64,000 nt of DNA from Thiotrichaceae bacterium UBA5859 (GCA_002432655.1 DJFZ01000055.1:1643-65642), one strand, 5' to 3'; positions 9,478 to 19,323 are shown, counted from the stretch's first letter. The notes: generated by a model from the sequence alone, not told the origin. Made by a program: numbers and translations.

Positions 9478-10341
9478 TTAAAATACATCAATGGGAATTT
9501 TTAAATATCGTTGTCCATTCTCTTCTGGAGATGGCAGGTTTCCACCTCTCATATTGACCTGAATAGAAGGAATGATCAATTCAGGCAAGTCTAAAGATTT
9601 GTCTCGTTCATGACGCATGTTGACAAATTCTTCTTCAGTGACACCTGCATGCACATGGATATTTAACTGCTTCTGTTTTGCAATGGTAGTTTGCCAACAA
9701 AACTGGTCTCGATTTTTTGGTTTATAATCGTGGCATAAATATAGTTTCGTCTCATCAGGTAGCGTAAACAATTTTTGAATGGACTGATACAAGTGACGGG
9801 CGTCGCCACCAGGAAAATCAGCCCTGGCAGTGCCATAATCCGGCATAAAGAGTGTGTCACCGACAAACGCACAATCATCAATTACGTAAGTGATACATGC
9901 AGGAGTATGGCCTGGCGTGTAGATGACAGCGGCGGGAATCGAACCAATCATAAATGTATCGCCCTGCTCAAATAGCACATCGAACTGACTACCGTCTAGC
10001 TGAAAATCTGATCCAGCATTGAATACCTTGCCGAAAGTGCTTTGTACTTCAATAATCTTTGCACCAATGGCCAATTTACCGCCGAGCTTCTGTTTGATGT
10101 AAGGTGCCGCCGAAATATGGTCGGCGTGGACATGGGTTTCTAGTATCCATTCCACTTTAAGTTTGTTACTTTGAATATATTCAATGATGCCATCCGTGAA
10201 AGTGGACGAAGTTCTCCCAGAACGCAATGAAAAATCCAATACTGAATCAATAACGGCACAAGCTTTCGTTTTCGGATCAATGACCACATAGCTTATGGTA
10301 TTGGTAGGAAAATTAAAAAATCCTGCTACCTCTGGTTTCAT
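9478..10341 (-). CDS. MBL-fold metallo-hydrolase, ETHE1/persulfide dioxygenase-like.
   Basis: The HxHxDH motif (ILETHVHADHISAAPYI) and downstream His/Asp ligands are present. It is 287 aa, which is typical of bacterial persulfide dioxygenases. It forms a gene string with DUF442 and SulP. Confidence 0.75.
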   Translation of the reverse strand: MKPEVAGFFNFPTNTISYVVIDPKTKACAVIDSVLDFSLRSGRTSSTFTDGIIEYIQSNKLKVEWILETHVHADHISAAPYIKQKLGGKLAIGAKIIEVQSTFGKVFNAGSDFQLDGSQFDVLFEQGDTFMIGSIPAAVIYTPGHTPACITYVIDDCAFVGDTLFMPDYGTARADFPGGDARHLYQSIQKLFTLPDETKLYLCHDYKPKNRDQFCWQTTIAKQKQLNIHVHAGVTEEEFVNMRHERDKSLDLPELIIPSIQVNMRGGNLPSPEENGQRYLKIPIDVF

Positions 10342-10780
10342 TGAGCACTCCTCTATTTAGATCCAGAATCCACACAATATCGTATACTGAATAGCATTTC
10401 TCGGTGAAGCGGTTACAGCGCGCCTGAATGCTAATTTTAGATGGAAACCGACCCCCGTCATAGCGTAAATGTTTTACTTAAAACTATTGTTTAGAGTGAG
10501 GTGGCTAAAATCATGAGTATGTCACCGATGCTATTTTCCCATTTTCGAGGTTTTTGTAGCAACGAGCTGCCGTACCTGACCCAGAGTTGAGTGAATTCAT
10601 GAAAGTTATTGGATTCGGAAATCATCTTTCTCATGCTAAAAAACAACTCTCCCACATCACCGCTTTGTCCGAACAGGAGATCAGAGATTGGTCTTAATAA
10701 TTAAGAATCCACATTAAGAATCATACACAACGACATATAATCAGTATGATAACAATGAGTTATAGTTGTTTTCTAATATT

Positions 10781-11248
10781 TTATATATCTTCCAGGCGGT
10801 TGGCACTCTGTACCATTCGCATCGACTCATGTTCCTCTAATGAAATGAGTTGCGCCAATAACTCTTTCACTGATTCCGTGTCTGCCTGCTCCTCAAGATG
10901 ACGATAAAGTTCTAAAACTTGTTTATGTTTTGCCATTACAGAGTTGATAATCTCCTGCGTTCCCATCTCAGCATAAGATCTTCTATGCTCGGCCTCTATT
11001 TTAAGAGGATGATTGGAGATAAATTCATAACACCAAGTATTCAAAGCCTTGGCATCTGCAGTGTCTTCAAATCGTTTTAGTAGTTGGCTAAGTGTTGACT
11101 CATGATCGGCTAAATATTTCATGAGCATCTTTGCACGCTCATTTTGTTGCCTATCTGCATCTTTAGCCACATGCTCAGCCAGATGTTGATGCACCTGTCT
11201 AGACCAATCAATGATATCGCTCAAAGTCTCGATTTGCATGTCACTCAT
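10781..11248 (-). CDS. Hypothetical protein, 155 aa, acidic and predicted helical.
   Basis: Clean ORF on the same strand, 87 bp downstream of the Prs-like gene. No recognisable motif. Confidence 0.4.
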   Translation of the reverse strand: MSDMQIETLSDIIDWSRQVHQHLAEHVAKDADRQQNERAKMLMKYLADHESTLSQLLKRFEDTADAKALNTWCYEFISNHPLKIEAEHRRSYAEMGTQEIINSVMAKHKQVLELYRHLEEQADTESVKELLAQLISLEEHESMRMVQSANRLEDI

Positions 11249-11334
11249 ACCTTTTTAAGAAATAAGAAACAACACCCAGCGTTGCTACGACATTTTCGCC
11301 ATTCGCATCTTTAGGCTCTTTAAACAACTCTTGC

Positions 11335-12249
11335 TTAATTCTCAAGAAAGCTGTTAAGGGCGCTGCTTAAGGTAGGTGCAATGTCGATCTTGTTGGTGCT
11401 GTGAGGAATTGTGTTTGTGGTAACAATCGGCGTCAATCCTTGTTCTGCAAAAACTTGATCCACGTCATCTGCGAATATGCCATGAACTGCAACGCAACCA
11501 ATATTTGTAATGTGTTGCCTTTTTAAGGCTTGAGCGCACGCAAGTATCGTGTGACCGCTGGAAATGATGTCGTCGACAATCAAAGCTGAATTTCGGCTGT
11601 ATTTAGACAGATTCGGCAGAGTAATTTTGACCTCACGATCGCCCACTCTGATTTTTTCAGCAATCACGAAATCATGCCCACTCAAAGTCGATAAGTCAGA
11701 GAGCCACTGTTCACTTTCTTTATCTGGGCCAACTAACAATAGATCCTGCGTATCAGAGAGAAAATCTGCCAAAGCGGCGGCACCATGTACTACCTTAGTC
11801 GGTACAGAATAGAGTTGAGACAACGAGTGGTAACGATGCAAATGGGGATCGACCGTCATCAACCAGTCAATATGAGGGTTAAGCAGCGAAGCAAAATATT
11901 GAGCGCTCAAAGCCTCTCCAGGATGGAAACAGGTATCCTGTCGCAGGTAACAAAGATAAGGTGCCACCAAACCAATTCTTCCAGCGCCAAGAGATCTTAA
12001 AGTGTCTAAAAGAAAAATAAGAGGCAAAAACTTTTCATCTGGACGTGACAGATCTGCTAGTACAATGCAATCACGATTCTCCACTGCTGTATCAACACGG
12101 ATGTAGGACTCTCCATCTGGAAATCGCCGATGTGACCATTGCCCTACATTCGCTCCCAATGACTGACAGAGTGACTGAGCCAGGGCATCAGAATGCATGG
12201 AGAATAGAATGGTGCCGCGGCTAGATGCGATCTTCATTGGATTATTCAA
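11335..12249 (-). CDS. Ribose-phosphate pyrophosphokinase-like phosphoribosyltransferase (Prs family).
   Basis: Contains RRFPDGESYIRV (Prs FxDGE motif) and the PRPP-binding loop ALIVDDIISSGHTIL. It overlaps the stop of the upstream phosphorylase-family gene by 8 nt. Confidence 0.75.
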   Translation of the reverse strand: MNNPMKIASSRGTILFSMHSDALAQSLCQSLGANVGQWSHRRFPDGESYIRVDTAVENRDCIVLADLSRPDEKFLPLIFLLDTLRSLGAGRIGLVAPYLCYLRQDTCFHPGEALSAQYFASLLNPHIDWLMTVDPHLHRYHSLSQLYSVPTKVVHGAAALADFLSDTQDLLLVGPDKESEQWLSDLSTLSGHDFVIAEKIRVGDREVKITLPNLSKYSRNSALIVDDIISSGHTILACAQALKRQHITNIGCVAVHGIFADDVDQVFAEQGLTPIVTTNTIPHSTNKIDIAPTLSSALNSFLEN

Positions 12250-13750
12250 TATGAAACAGATCCATATTAGCCTGATAGTAGCTTAACGCATAGGCCAATT
12301 CCCCTGGACTCTCGCTAAATAGTTCAAAGAGCGGATCGCCCTTTGATACTTGACAACCAATATTCACGCTGAGTCGTAAGCCTGCGGCAGGGTCAAAAGG
12401 TGCACCGGCAAGTTTCGCCAAACGAGCCAATCTTCGATTATCAATGCTGTGAATGATGCCGGAGCGAGCAGAGTGGATTGTCTGTCTATAGTGCGGCGAT
12501 GGCAATGGCTTCAAACCACCCTGAGCTGCTGCGATAGACTGGAATTTTGCCCAAGCTTGACCACTTTCTAAAATAGAACGCGCTTGATGCAAACCTGCCT
12601 CGTAACCAAAGTGGTAAGCCATGTCCAACAGATGTGCGGCTAGAAATAACGCACGCTCTGTTAAATCTGCCGGTGCATCTGCTTGACCTTTCAACACGGC
12701 AAGTAGATCTCGGGCTTCTTCTGCTGGGCCGATTCCAGCGCCAATTGGACGACTGCCATCAGTGATTAGGCAACGTACGTAGAGATCACAGGCTTTTCCC
12801 ACTTCAGTAAATAACCACGCTAATCGATCTGCATCTGCCTGGTTGCGTACCTTGGCAGTTTCGCCCACTGGAATGTCGATAATGGCATGAGTAGAGCCTG
12901 CCGCAATCTTTTTGGATAATACCGACGCAATTAGTTGGCCTTCCACATCGAGATCCAATGCCCGCTCGATGCGAATCATTAAATCATCTGCGGGGCTAAG
13001 GTTGACCGCCCCACCCCACGCTAAGCAAGCGTCCGTCTTAGCCACTACCTGCCGAATTTGATCGATGGTTAAATTAACATTCATCAGGGTGTCCATGGTG
13101 TCCGCCGTTCCAGAGGGTGAGGTAATAGAACGAGAAGAAGTTTTCGGTACCGTCAGGCCCGCAGCGCTGGCAATGGCCACCACAAGAGGTGTGGTACGAT
13201 TCCCTGGAAGGCCGCCAATACAGTGTTTATCGAATATGCGCTCTTTACTAGGCCACTCAATATGTTCACCACAGGCCACCATGGCCCGTGTCAGACTGAT
13301 AATCTCATCAAGATTGAGACGATCGCCGGCACACACGCTTAGAAAACTAGCGATTTCAATGTCACTATATTTATGGTCATTGATATCTACAATGATCTGA
13401 TCGATTTCTGAGCTATCCAACGCATGGCCATGAATTTTTTTACGTACTGCCCCCAGTGAGAGTACGATAGGTGCTTGGCTAATAACCAACATATCACCCT
13501 CACCTACGTCCAAACGCCGTTGGGCAATTCGGGACAATCCGATGTTACCGCTTGGTAACTTGTTGCTATCGACAATGTTTAAAGTAGCTATTAATTCTTT
13601 ATTATTTGTCGCCCTAATTAATATTCTAGAAGTGGCATTGAAGCCTTCTGCGCGGCAAACTGGGCAGTCCTCGCGCATATAAACCACGGGCTCCTGATGG
13701 GTATTAATGCCCATGGCGTATGCAAATAGATGTCTCCCATTTTTATCCAT
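12242..13750 (-). CDS. Thymidine phosphorylase family protein, long form with an N-terminal extension. This is the AMP-phosphorylase-like TIGR02645-type that pairs with a Prs-like gene.
   Basis: 502 aa. It carries the pyrimidine-nucleoside phosphorylase glycine-rich phosphate loop (DKHCIGGLPGNRTTPLVVAIASAAGLTVPK) and the SxxGTADTMD motif. Confidence 0.75.
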   Translation of the reverse strand: MDKNGRHLFAYAMGINTHQEPVVYMREDCPVCRAEGFNATSRILIRATNNKELIATLNIVDSNKLPSGNIGLSRIAQRRLDVGEGDMLVISQAPIVLSLGAVRKKIHGHALDSSEIDQIIVDINDHKYSDIEIASFLSVCAGDRLNLDEIISLTRAMVACGEHIEWPSKERIFDKHCIGGLPGNRTTPLVVAIASAAGLTVPKTSSRSITSPSGTADTMDTLMNVNLTIDQIRQVVAKTDACLAWGGAVNLSPADDLMIRIERALDLDVEGQLIASVLSKKIAAGSTHAIIDIPVGETAKVRNQADADRLAWLFTEVGKACDLYVRCLITDGSRPIGAGIGPAEEARDLLAVLKGQADAPADLTERALFLAAHLLDMAYHFGYEAGLHQARSILESGQAWAKFQSIAAAQGGLKPLPSPHYRQTIHSARSGIIHSIDNRRLARLAKLAGAPFDPAAGLRLSVNIGCQVSKGDPLFELFSESPGELAYALSYYQANMDLFHIE

Positions 13751-13907
13751 TAAATTCTATATACACCTCAATAGTGTGCGGTTTACTTATACGAATAGGC
13801 TGTCCCTAAATTCACATACTAAATTCTTCAATTGATGCAAATCAACCAAATAGTTCCTAAAGGGTGTCAGACTCAATATGAAATTATTTTTTAGAGGGAA
13901 CGCAAAA

Positions 13908-14351
13908 ATGAAACTTTCATACATCAAGTTAATGGCATCTTTTTTAATATCTACTTCGCTCTTTATGGCACCAACCATAAGTTTGGCAGAAAAAGCTGAA
14001 ATCTGCGGGTTGTGCGGTACGGAAATCACCGCAGGAAGTAACCTATTCGAACTACAATTCAAAGATGGCTCTACCCAGACCTACGGGTGTCCAGCCTGCG
14101 GTTTAACCATGATGAAAAGTCCAGAAGTGATCTCCGCTAAGACTATGGACTTTTTGTCTAGAAAAATGCTCGATGCAAAAAAAGCTTATTATCTAAAGGA
14201 TACCGACGTGGGATATTGCTGTGAACCACATTGGCTTTCCTTTGATAGCAAAGAAAATGCGGAAAAATTCGCCAAAGGATTCGGTGGAGAGGTGTTATCC
14301 TATCAACAGGCTATACAAGCAAAAAGCTTCCATGAAGAACATACTCATTAA
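13908..14351 (+). CDS. NosL-like copper-binding protein, secreted. It is an orphan, with no nos genes nearby.
   Basis: Signal peptide, then an EICGLCGTEI (E-C-x-x-CG) motif, then C-terminal FAKGFGGEVLSYQQAI (compare NosL GGrVLrFeEi). The start was placed at the second Met (13908), which has a GAGGG ribosome-binding site (RBS). ORF track 13878..14351. Confidence 0.5.
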   Translation: MKLSYIKLMASFLISTSLFMAPTISLAEKAEICGLCGTEITAGSNLFELQFKDGSTQTYGCPACGLTMMKSPEVISAKTMDFLSRKMLDAKKAYYLKDTDVGYCCEPHWLSFDSKENAEKFAKGFGGEVLSYQQAIQAKSFHEEHTH

Positions 14352-14387
14352 AACGCGTTGAACTAAAACTCATGTTGAATCGAACGC

Positions 14388-14416
14388 CCGCAGTGATAGT
14401 AAACAACACTGCGGGT
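14388..14416 (+). terminator. Hairpin downstream of the NosL-like gene (cccgcagtg...cactgcggg). Weak T-tract.
   Basis: A 9-bp perfect stem 35 nt after the stop. It lies in the convergent gap with the cytochrome c gene. Confidence 0.35.
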
Positions 14417-14530
14417 ATCGATATTCTGCGATTAGAGAAGTGCGTTTTAAATGGCATGACTACAAAACCCTGTTTGTAAGGGTTTCGCAATTGTGGCCAA
14501 GATGTAGTCAGTTTGATGGCGCTTCGCGAA

Positions 14531-14989
14531 TCAATATTTAGTCATGTGATTAATGTAGTTCACAAGATGCCACACATCTTCTTCTGTGAGTTGCGGATCC
14601 CAGGTGGGCATATGACCCCGACCATTCTTGATTTTCCAAGCTAGTGCACCATCTGTATCCAGATCATCTGGATTATCATGTTCCGGCTGTACCACTCGTT
14701 TAGCGGTGACCGAATTACTTTCATTCATTGGCCCATGGCACTTGACACAATTCTTTTTAAATAGCTCTTCGCCTTTCATGACAGATTTGCGTGTTTCGCG
14801 CACGGGATTCTGTGTGGCGATGGCTTCCGCAGGCGCCTTCCAGCGCTCTGGATAAGTGACAGTGTTAGCGGAATCTAGCGCCTTATTAGAGGGGGAATCG
14901 TGGCTATGATCCGTCCCGCCCGCTGCAAACAGTGCCGATGTAGGAACCATGATAGAAATAGCAAATGCTACTATTTTTTTTGATTTCAT
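14531..14989 (-). CDS. Secreted mono-haem c-type cytochrome.
   Basis: CVKCHGP haem-binding motif. N-terminal signal MKSKKIVAFAISIMVPTSALFAAGG. The start was moved to the Met at 14989, which is preceded by AGGAG. Confidence 0.75.
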   Translation of the reverse strand: MKSKKIVAFAISIMVPTSALFAAGGTDHSHDSPSNKALDSANTVTYPERWKAPAEAIATQNPVRETRKSVMKGEELFKKNCVKCHGPMNESNSVTAKRVVQPEHDNPDDLDTDGALAWKIKNGRGHMPTWDPQLTEEDVWHLVNYINHMTKY

Positions 14990-15335
14990 TTTGTACTCCA
15001 TCTCCTGATGAGGCATAGTTTGTCCTGAAGCAACTACTCCCCTCCTACTCATACATTAAAACCCACCCTTAACCTCACTCGCCAAGAGCCAGTCTCGGTA
15101 ACCACAAGCCAACACGTTTATAGAACGATTTACAAGCAGATTATCTCCCCACGTCTGATCGGCACGATTTGATCTTACGCAGATTTTTTCGAGTTTGTCG
15201 ATAGCCTAAGCATTTAGCTCGTTTGATTATAAGCACATCAGCGACGTTTAAATCTTCGTTAAACAGACTACTACTAGACGATATAAACCCGTGCGAGCCG
15301 CAATGAAACCCCTTGAGCTCGCACGGTTAACCTAC

Positions 15336-15839
15336 TTATTTTATTTCGATTTTTTTCTTCTTGGATTGTTCTGATTTTGGCAATCTAATGGTTAGCAAGC
15401 CATTCTTGCAGGCTGCTTCCACCTTATCTGCATCCACATAGTCCGGCAGAGTAAGTGTTCGAGAAAAAGATTCCTCTCGACGTTCTTTACGGTAGATCTC
15501 CCCCTCCTCTGACTCTTTTTCCTCAGTATGGCTGCCTCGTAGTGTTAAGGTGCGATCCCCCACCAACACCTCAATATTTTCGCCTTGCATACCCGGCACT
15601 TCTGCCTTCACGATAATTTCCTTATCTTTATCCACAATATCTACTCTCGGAGTAGAGCCCTCAATCAAGTGCAGCGGATCAGCGAAAATCGGTTCGTTGA
15701 ATAAATTTTGAATACTCCTTGGATACCACCACTGTTTTTCAGATTCTAATGTGTCAAATGGGCTGAATAGACGTGAATGTAACTTTCTAGGGATCACCCT
15801 CTTCGACGATGGGTCAGAATCAGTTGCTTTTTCACTCAT
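15336..15839 (-). CDS. Hsp20/alpha-crystallin family small heat-shock protein.
   Basis: Alpha-crystallin domain with ...IEVLVGDRTLTLRG... and the C-terminal GLLTIRLPK motif. Confidence 0.85.
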   Translation of the reverse strand: MSEKATDSDPSSKRVIPRKLHSRLFSPFDTLESEKQWWYPRSIQNLFNEPIFADPLHLIEGSTPRVDIVDKDKEIIVKAEVPGMQGENIEVLVGDRTLTLRGSHTEEKESEEGEIYRKERREESFSRTLTLPDYVDADKVEAACKNGLLTIRLPKSEQSKKKKIEIK

Positions 15840-16084
15840 AGTAAACTCCCTTTTATTTGTTTTACCGTCTGTGAAATATAACGTCGCTTAGCGCCAGAGA
15901 TTCTGATTTAGATCAAGCCACAAATCTAATATATTTAATTTTGGCAAGCATATTTATTTATAATAAATAAAGAAAAACCTGATAGGTTTCTATGCCCACA
16001 AAAAACCCATGTCGGTTTCTTGCGCATCCTGTGGTGACGAGTAAGATTGACACCAAACCAGTTAAAAAAGGACACTGAAAATCC

Positions 16085-18478
16085 ATGTTACTTGGCCCAG
16101 AGCAACTTCACCAAAATTGTGACCTAGAACAATACGGCTTCGAAACCACTGCTGAGCTGACGACTGAACAGCAGCTATTGGGTCAGAACAGAGCAGTTGA
16201 TGCGTTCAAATATTCCCTCAATGTTAAGGATGGTGGACACCACCTATTCGCAATGGGATTGTCAGCCGGTAGCCGCGTAAATATTGCGCTTAATCTGGTC
16301 ACAGAATTGGGTTCCAATCGACCCACCGCTCCAGATTGGTGCTATGTCTACAACTTTTCTCAACCCAATTCGCCCAACGCCCTTTCCCTAGAAGCAGGCA
16401 TGGGATGTCTATTTAAACACGATGTTGCTCAATTAGTAGAAGATCTGACGACCATGATTCCAGCAGCATTTGAAAGCGAAGAGTATCAGGGACGACGCCA
16501 AGCAATTGAGCATAGATTACAGGAACGGCAGGAAGAGGCTCTCAACGTTCTAGGCAAAAAGTCACGGGAGTTAAATGTGGAACTGATCTCCACTCCTTCC
16601 GGCTTCGCCTTTGCTCCGATTAAAGAAGGCCAAGCCATCTTGCCTGACGCCTTTCAAGCTCTTCCTGAAGCTGAACAAAAACAGATTGAAAGTACAATTA
16701 AACAGTTACAAAAAGAATTACAAGAAACCTTGCGTCAATTTCCTAGCTGGCAAAAAGAGACGCTACAAGAAATTCGCACCCTAAATCATGAGGTCACTTC
16801 TAGCGTTGTAGATAGCTTAATCGGTGAACTGCTGATTAAGTATGAAGACCATGAGGAAATTTACGAATATTTGAGTGATTTTAAAAACGATGTCGTGGAG
16901 CATAGCGCCAGCTTCTTGCATCGACCGGAGTCGGAAAACCCCTTGGTGGCCGCACCAGACTTTTCCCGTTACCAGGTAAATGTCCTCGTCGCTCAGCCAA
17001 GTGATCGATCTATACCCGTGATCTATGAAGATAACCCTAGTCTGCCAAATCTAGTAGGACGTATAGAACACGAAGCGCAATTTGGTACCCTAACCACTAA
17101 TCATACTCTCATCAAATCCGGCGCACTACATCGTGCAGTCGGTGGGTTTTTGATTTTAGAGGTGGAAAAACTACTCACTAAACTCATGGCTTGGGAAGGA
17201 CTAAAACGCAGCCTATCTTCAGGGCTTATTCATTTTGACTCGATTGAACGCAGTTATGGTTGGGCCACAACAATAGGTTTAGATCCTGAACCTATACCGC
17301 TAGACACAAAAGTTATTTTAGTAGGAGATCGGCGCTATTTTTATCTGCTATCTGAATACGATCCAGAATTTTCTTCGCTGTTTAAAGTAGTTGCTGACTT
17401 CGATGAAATCGTTCCACGCAGTGTAGAAAATAATCTTAAATTTCCTAATCTGATTGCCAAGATTGTGGCAGAGGAACAGTTACTTCCCTTCAATCGCAGA
17501 GCAGTGGCGCGCCTAAATGAATTTAGTGCGCGGATGGCAGAAGATGCAGAAAGACTGTCAGTTAATCGCGATAAAATCCGCGATCTAATGATTGAAGCCA
17601 ACTATATCGCACAGCAAAATAATCAGTCTGTCGTTGAAGACAGCAATATCAATGATGCTCGTCGGTCTGCCATGTTTAGACATGATCGAATTCGAGAACG
17701 AGTTCAGGAACAGATATTACGCGAGACCTTATTGATAGACACCTCCGGGGAAAAAATTGGTCAAATTAATGGGCTGGCGGTTTATAGCTTAGGGCAAATG
17801 ATGTTTGGCAAACCTTCCCGAATTAGTGCCAGAGTTCGGCTGGGCAACGGTAACGTTTTAGATATTGAACGCAAAGCTGAATTGGGTGGCCCTACGCACA
17901 CTAAAGGGGTGATGATACTTTCAAGCTTTTTGGCGTCAAGATACGCTGCAGAAGCGCCTTTATCACTGTCGGCTAGTTTAGTCTTTGAACAATCCTATGG
18001 TGGGGTCGATGGTGATAGCGCCTCTTCCACTGAACTATATGCGCTCATGTCGGCATTAAGTGGTTTACCAATTCGTCAATCCTTTGCTGTGACAGGTTCA
18101 GTCAACCAGTTTGGCGACGTCCAAGCGATTGGGGGTGTGAATGAAAAAATAGAAGGATTTTTCGATATTTGCCAAACTCGAGGGCTAACTGGTGATCAGG
18201 GGGTGATTATTCCATTGGCGAATGTCAAAAACCTGATGCTTCGTGAAGATCTAGTGCAAGCTGTTCGTGATGAGCAGTTTCATATCCACGCGGTGCAACA
18301 TATTGATGAGGGCATCGAAATCTTAACCGGTATTCCGGCCGGTGAAGAGATAGGTGATAACGCATTTCCAGAAGGGTCAGTCAATGCGCTGATCATGGAA
18401 AAATTAAAAAGACTACAAGAGAAGAAAAAATCGATGCAAAAAAATGGTACAGATAATTCTAACCAGGAGAGTGAATGA
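16085..18478 (+). CDS. Lon-like protease homologue, YcbZ/LonC (COG1067) type. Degenerate AAA-like domain plus S16 Ser-Lys protease domain.
   Basis: The C-terminal half is collinear with E. coli YcbZ (RETLLIDTSGEKIGQINGLAVY..., IERKAELGGPTHTKGVMIL, SYGGVDGDSASSTELYALMSALSG, GGVNEKIEGFFDICQ). The candidate Walker A GLSAGSR lacks the Lys. It is divergent from Hsp20. Confidence 0.8.
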   Translation: MLLGPEQLHQNCDLEQYGFETTAELTTEQQLLGQNRAVDAFKYSLNVKDGGHHLFAMGLSAGSRVNIALNLVTELGSNRPTAPDWCYVYNFSQPNSPNALSLEAGMGCLFKHDVAQLVEDLTTMIPAAFESEEYQGRRQAIEHRLQERQEEALNVLGKKSRELNVELISTPSGFAFAPIKEGQAILPDAFQALPEAEQKQIESTIKQLQKELQETLRQFPSWQKETLQEIRTLNHEVTSSVVDSLIGELLIKYEDHEEIYEYLSDFKNDVVEHSASFLHRPESENPLVAAPDFSRYQVNVLVAQPSDRSIPVIYEDNPSLPNLVGRIEHEAQFGTLTTNHTLIKSGALHRAVGGFLILEVEKLLTKLMAWEGLKRSLSSGLIHFDSIERSYGWATTIGLDPEPIPLDTKVILVGDRRYFYLLSEYDPEFSSLFKVVADFDEIVPRSVENNLKFPNLIAKIVAEEQLLPFNRRAVARLNEFSARMAEDAERLSVNRDKIRDLMIEANYIAQQNNQSVVEDSNINDARRSAMFRHDRIRERVQEQILRETLLIDTSGEKIGQINGLAVYSLGQMMFGKPSRISARVRLGNGNVLDIERKAELGGPTHTKGVMILSSFLASRYAAEAPLSLSASLVFEQSYGGVDGDSASSTELYALMSALSGLPIRQSFAVTGSVNQFGDVQAIGGVNEKIEGFFDICQTRGLTGDQGVIIPLANVKNLMLREDLVQAVRDEQFHIHAVQHIDEGIEILTGIPAGEEIGDNAFPEGSVNALIMEKLKRLQEKKKSMQKNGTDNSNQESE

Positions 18479-19323
18479 TGATGACTTCTGAGTTGTCCGG
18501 TCTACCCAGGCAGATAGCACTAGCACTTGATGCGACGCCGGAAAGTATTCGGGTTTTGGATAGAGTGGCAGAAATTGCCTCAATTCTCGAAGCACGATTG
18601 GATGCTGTTTTTATAGAAGACGAAGCATTGTTGAGCTTAAGCGAATATCCTTTTTCTGAAGAGATTAGCCTCTACTCTCCCCGGCAACCGCTACAAAAAA
18701 CTCGCTTGGAGCAGGAATACCGGGCGCTCTCCAAGCAGCTGCAAAAGGCATTGGAGCAGAGTGCGAATAGATGGAAGTTACACTGGCAATTTAGAACTGT
18801 CCGCGCAAATTTAAACCAAGCATTGGAGCAGATCTCAAGTGAGATAGATCTAATCACATTGATGACAACGTGCCGAGGGCTCCAACGTTCCTATCAGTTT
18901 GAACACCATAGTGCCACTATCATGAGTCGCTTTCCCGGTTCTTGCATTATCTTACCTAGGCACATCACTGCGGGTAAGGAAGTGATGGTATTGATAGAAT
19001 CCGAGGAAAGTCGTCTCCCTCTCATGGCATTAGCGCAACGTTTTGCCAGCGCTGGTGAAAAACCGATGGTAGTTTTAGTACCCACCACTGAACAGCACCC
19101 TAAGCCGCGAGAAGAACTGTACCGACAGAGCCTTCTAGGGAAAAAGATCGACACGATACAATTAATTCCCATTGACACTACAGAGCCCAAAAAGTTAGCT
19201 AAGATGTTAGAAAATCGAAGTGTCCATATGTTCATAACTTCTAAATCAGACACTATTTTTTCGGTCGAAACTAAAATAGAAATGGCAGAAAAGTTTAAAG
19301 CGCCCCTGTATTTACTAGGTTAG
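18475..19323 (+). CDS. Hypothetical protein, 282 aa, translationally coupled to the Lon-like gene.
   Basis: Its start codon overlaps the Lon-like stop (TGATGATGA). Coding potential is clean and no motif is recognisable. Confidence 0.5.
   Translation: MMMTSELSGLPRQIALALDATPESIRVLDRVAEIASILEARLDAVFIEDEALLSLSEYPFSEEISLYSPRQPLQKTRLEQEYRALSKQLQKALEQSANRWKLHWQFRTVRANLNQALEQISSEIDLITLMTTCRGLQRSYQFEHHSATIMSRFPGSCIILPRHITAGKEVMVLIESEESRLPLMALAQRFASAGEKPMVVLVPTTEQHPKPREELYRQSLLGKKIDTIQLIPIDTTEPKKLAKMLENRSVHMFITSKSDTIFSVETKIEMAEKFKAPLYLLG

Noticed and set aside
10342-10780. 440-bp gap between the MBL gene and the 155-aa gene, with a 33-codon ORF (about 10599..10697); checked for a tRNA or small RNA
   Set aside because: No cloverleaf-compatible sequence, no conserved T-loop (GTTCGA-type) motif and no strong hairpin. 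The mini-ORF has no RBS. It is treated as a plain intergenic or promoter region.
15840-16084. Looked for a sigma-32 heat-shock promoter between Hsp20 and the Lon-like gene
   Set aside because: No convincing CTTGAAA-N13-15-CCCCATnT match on either strand. Only AT-rich sequence is present, so no promoter was called.
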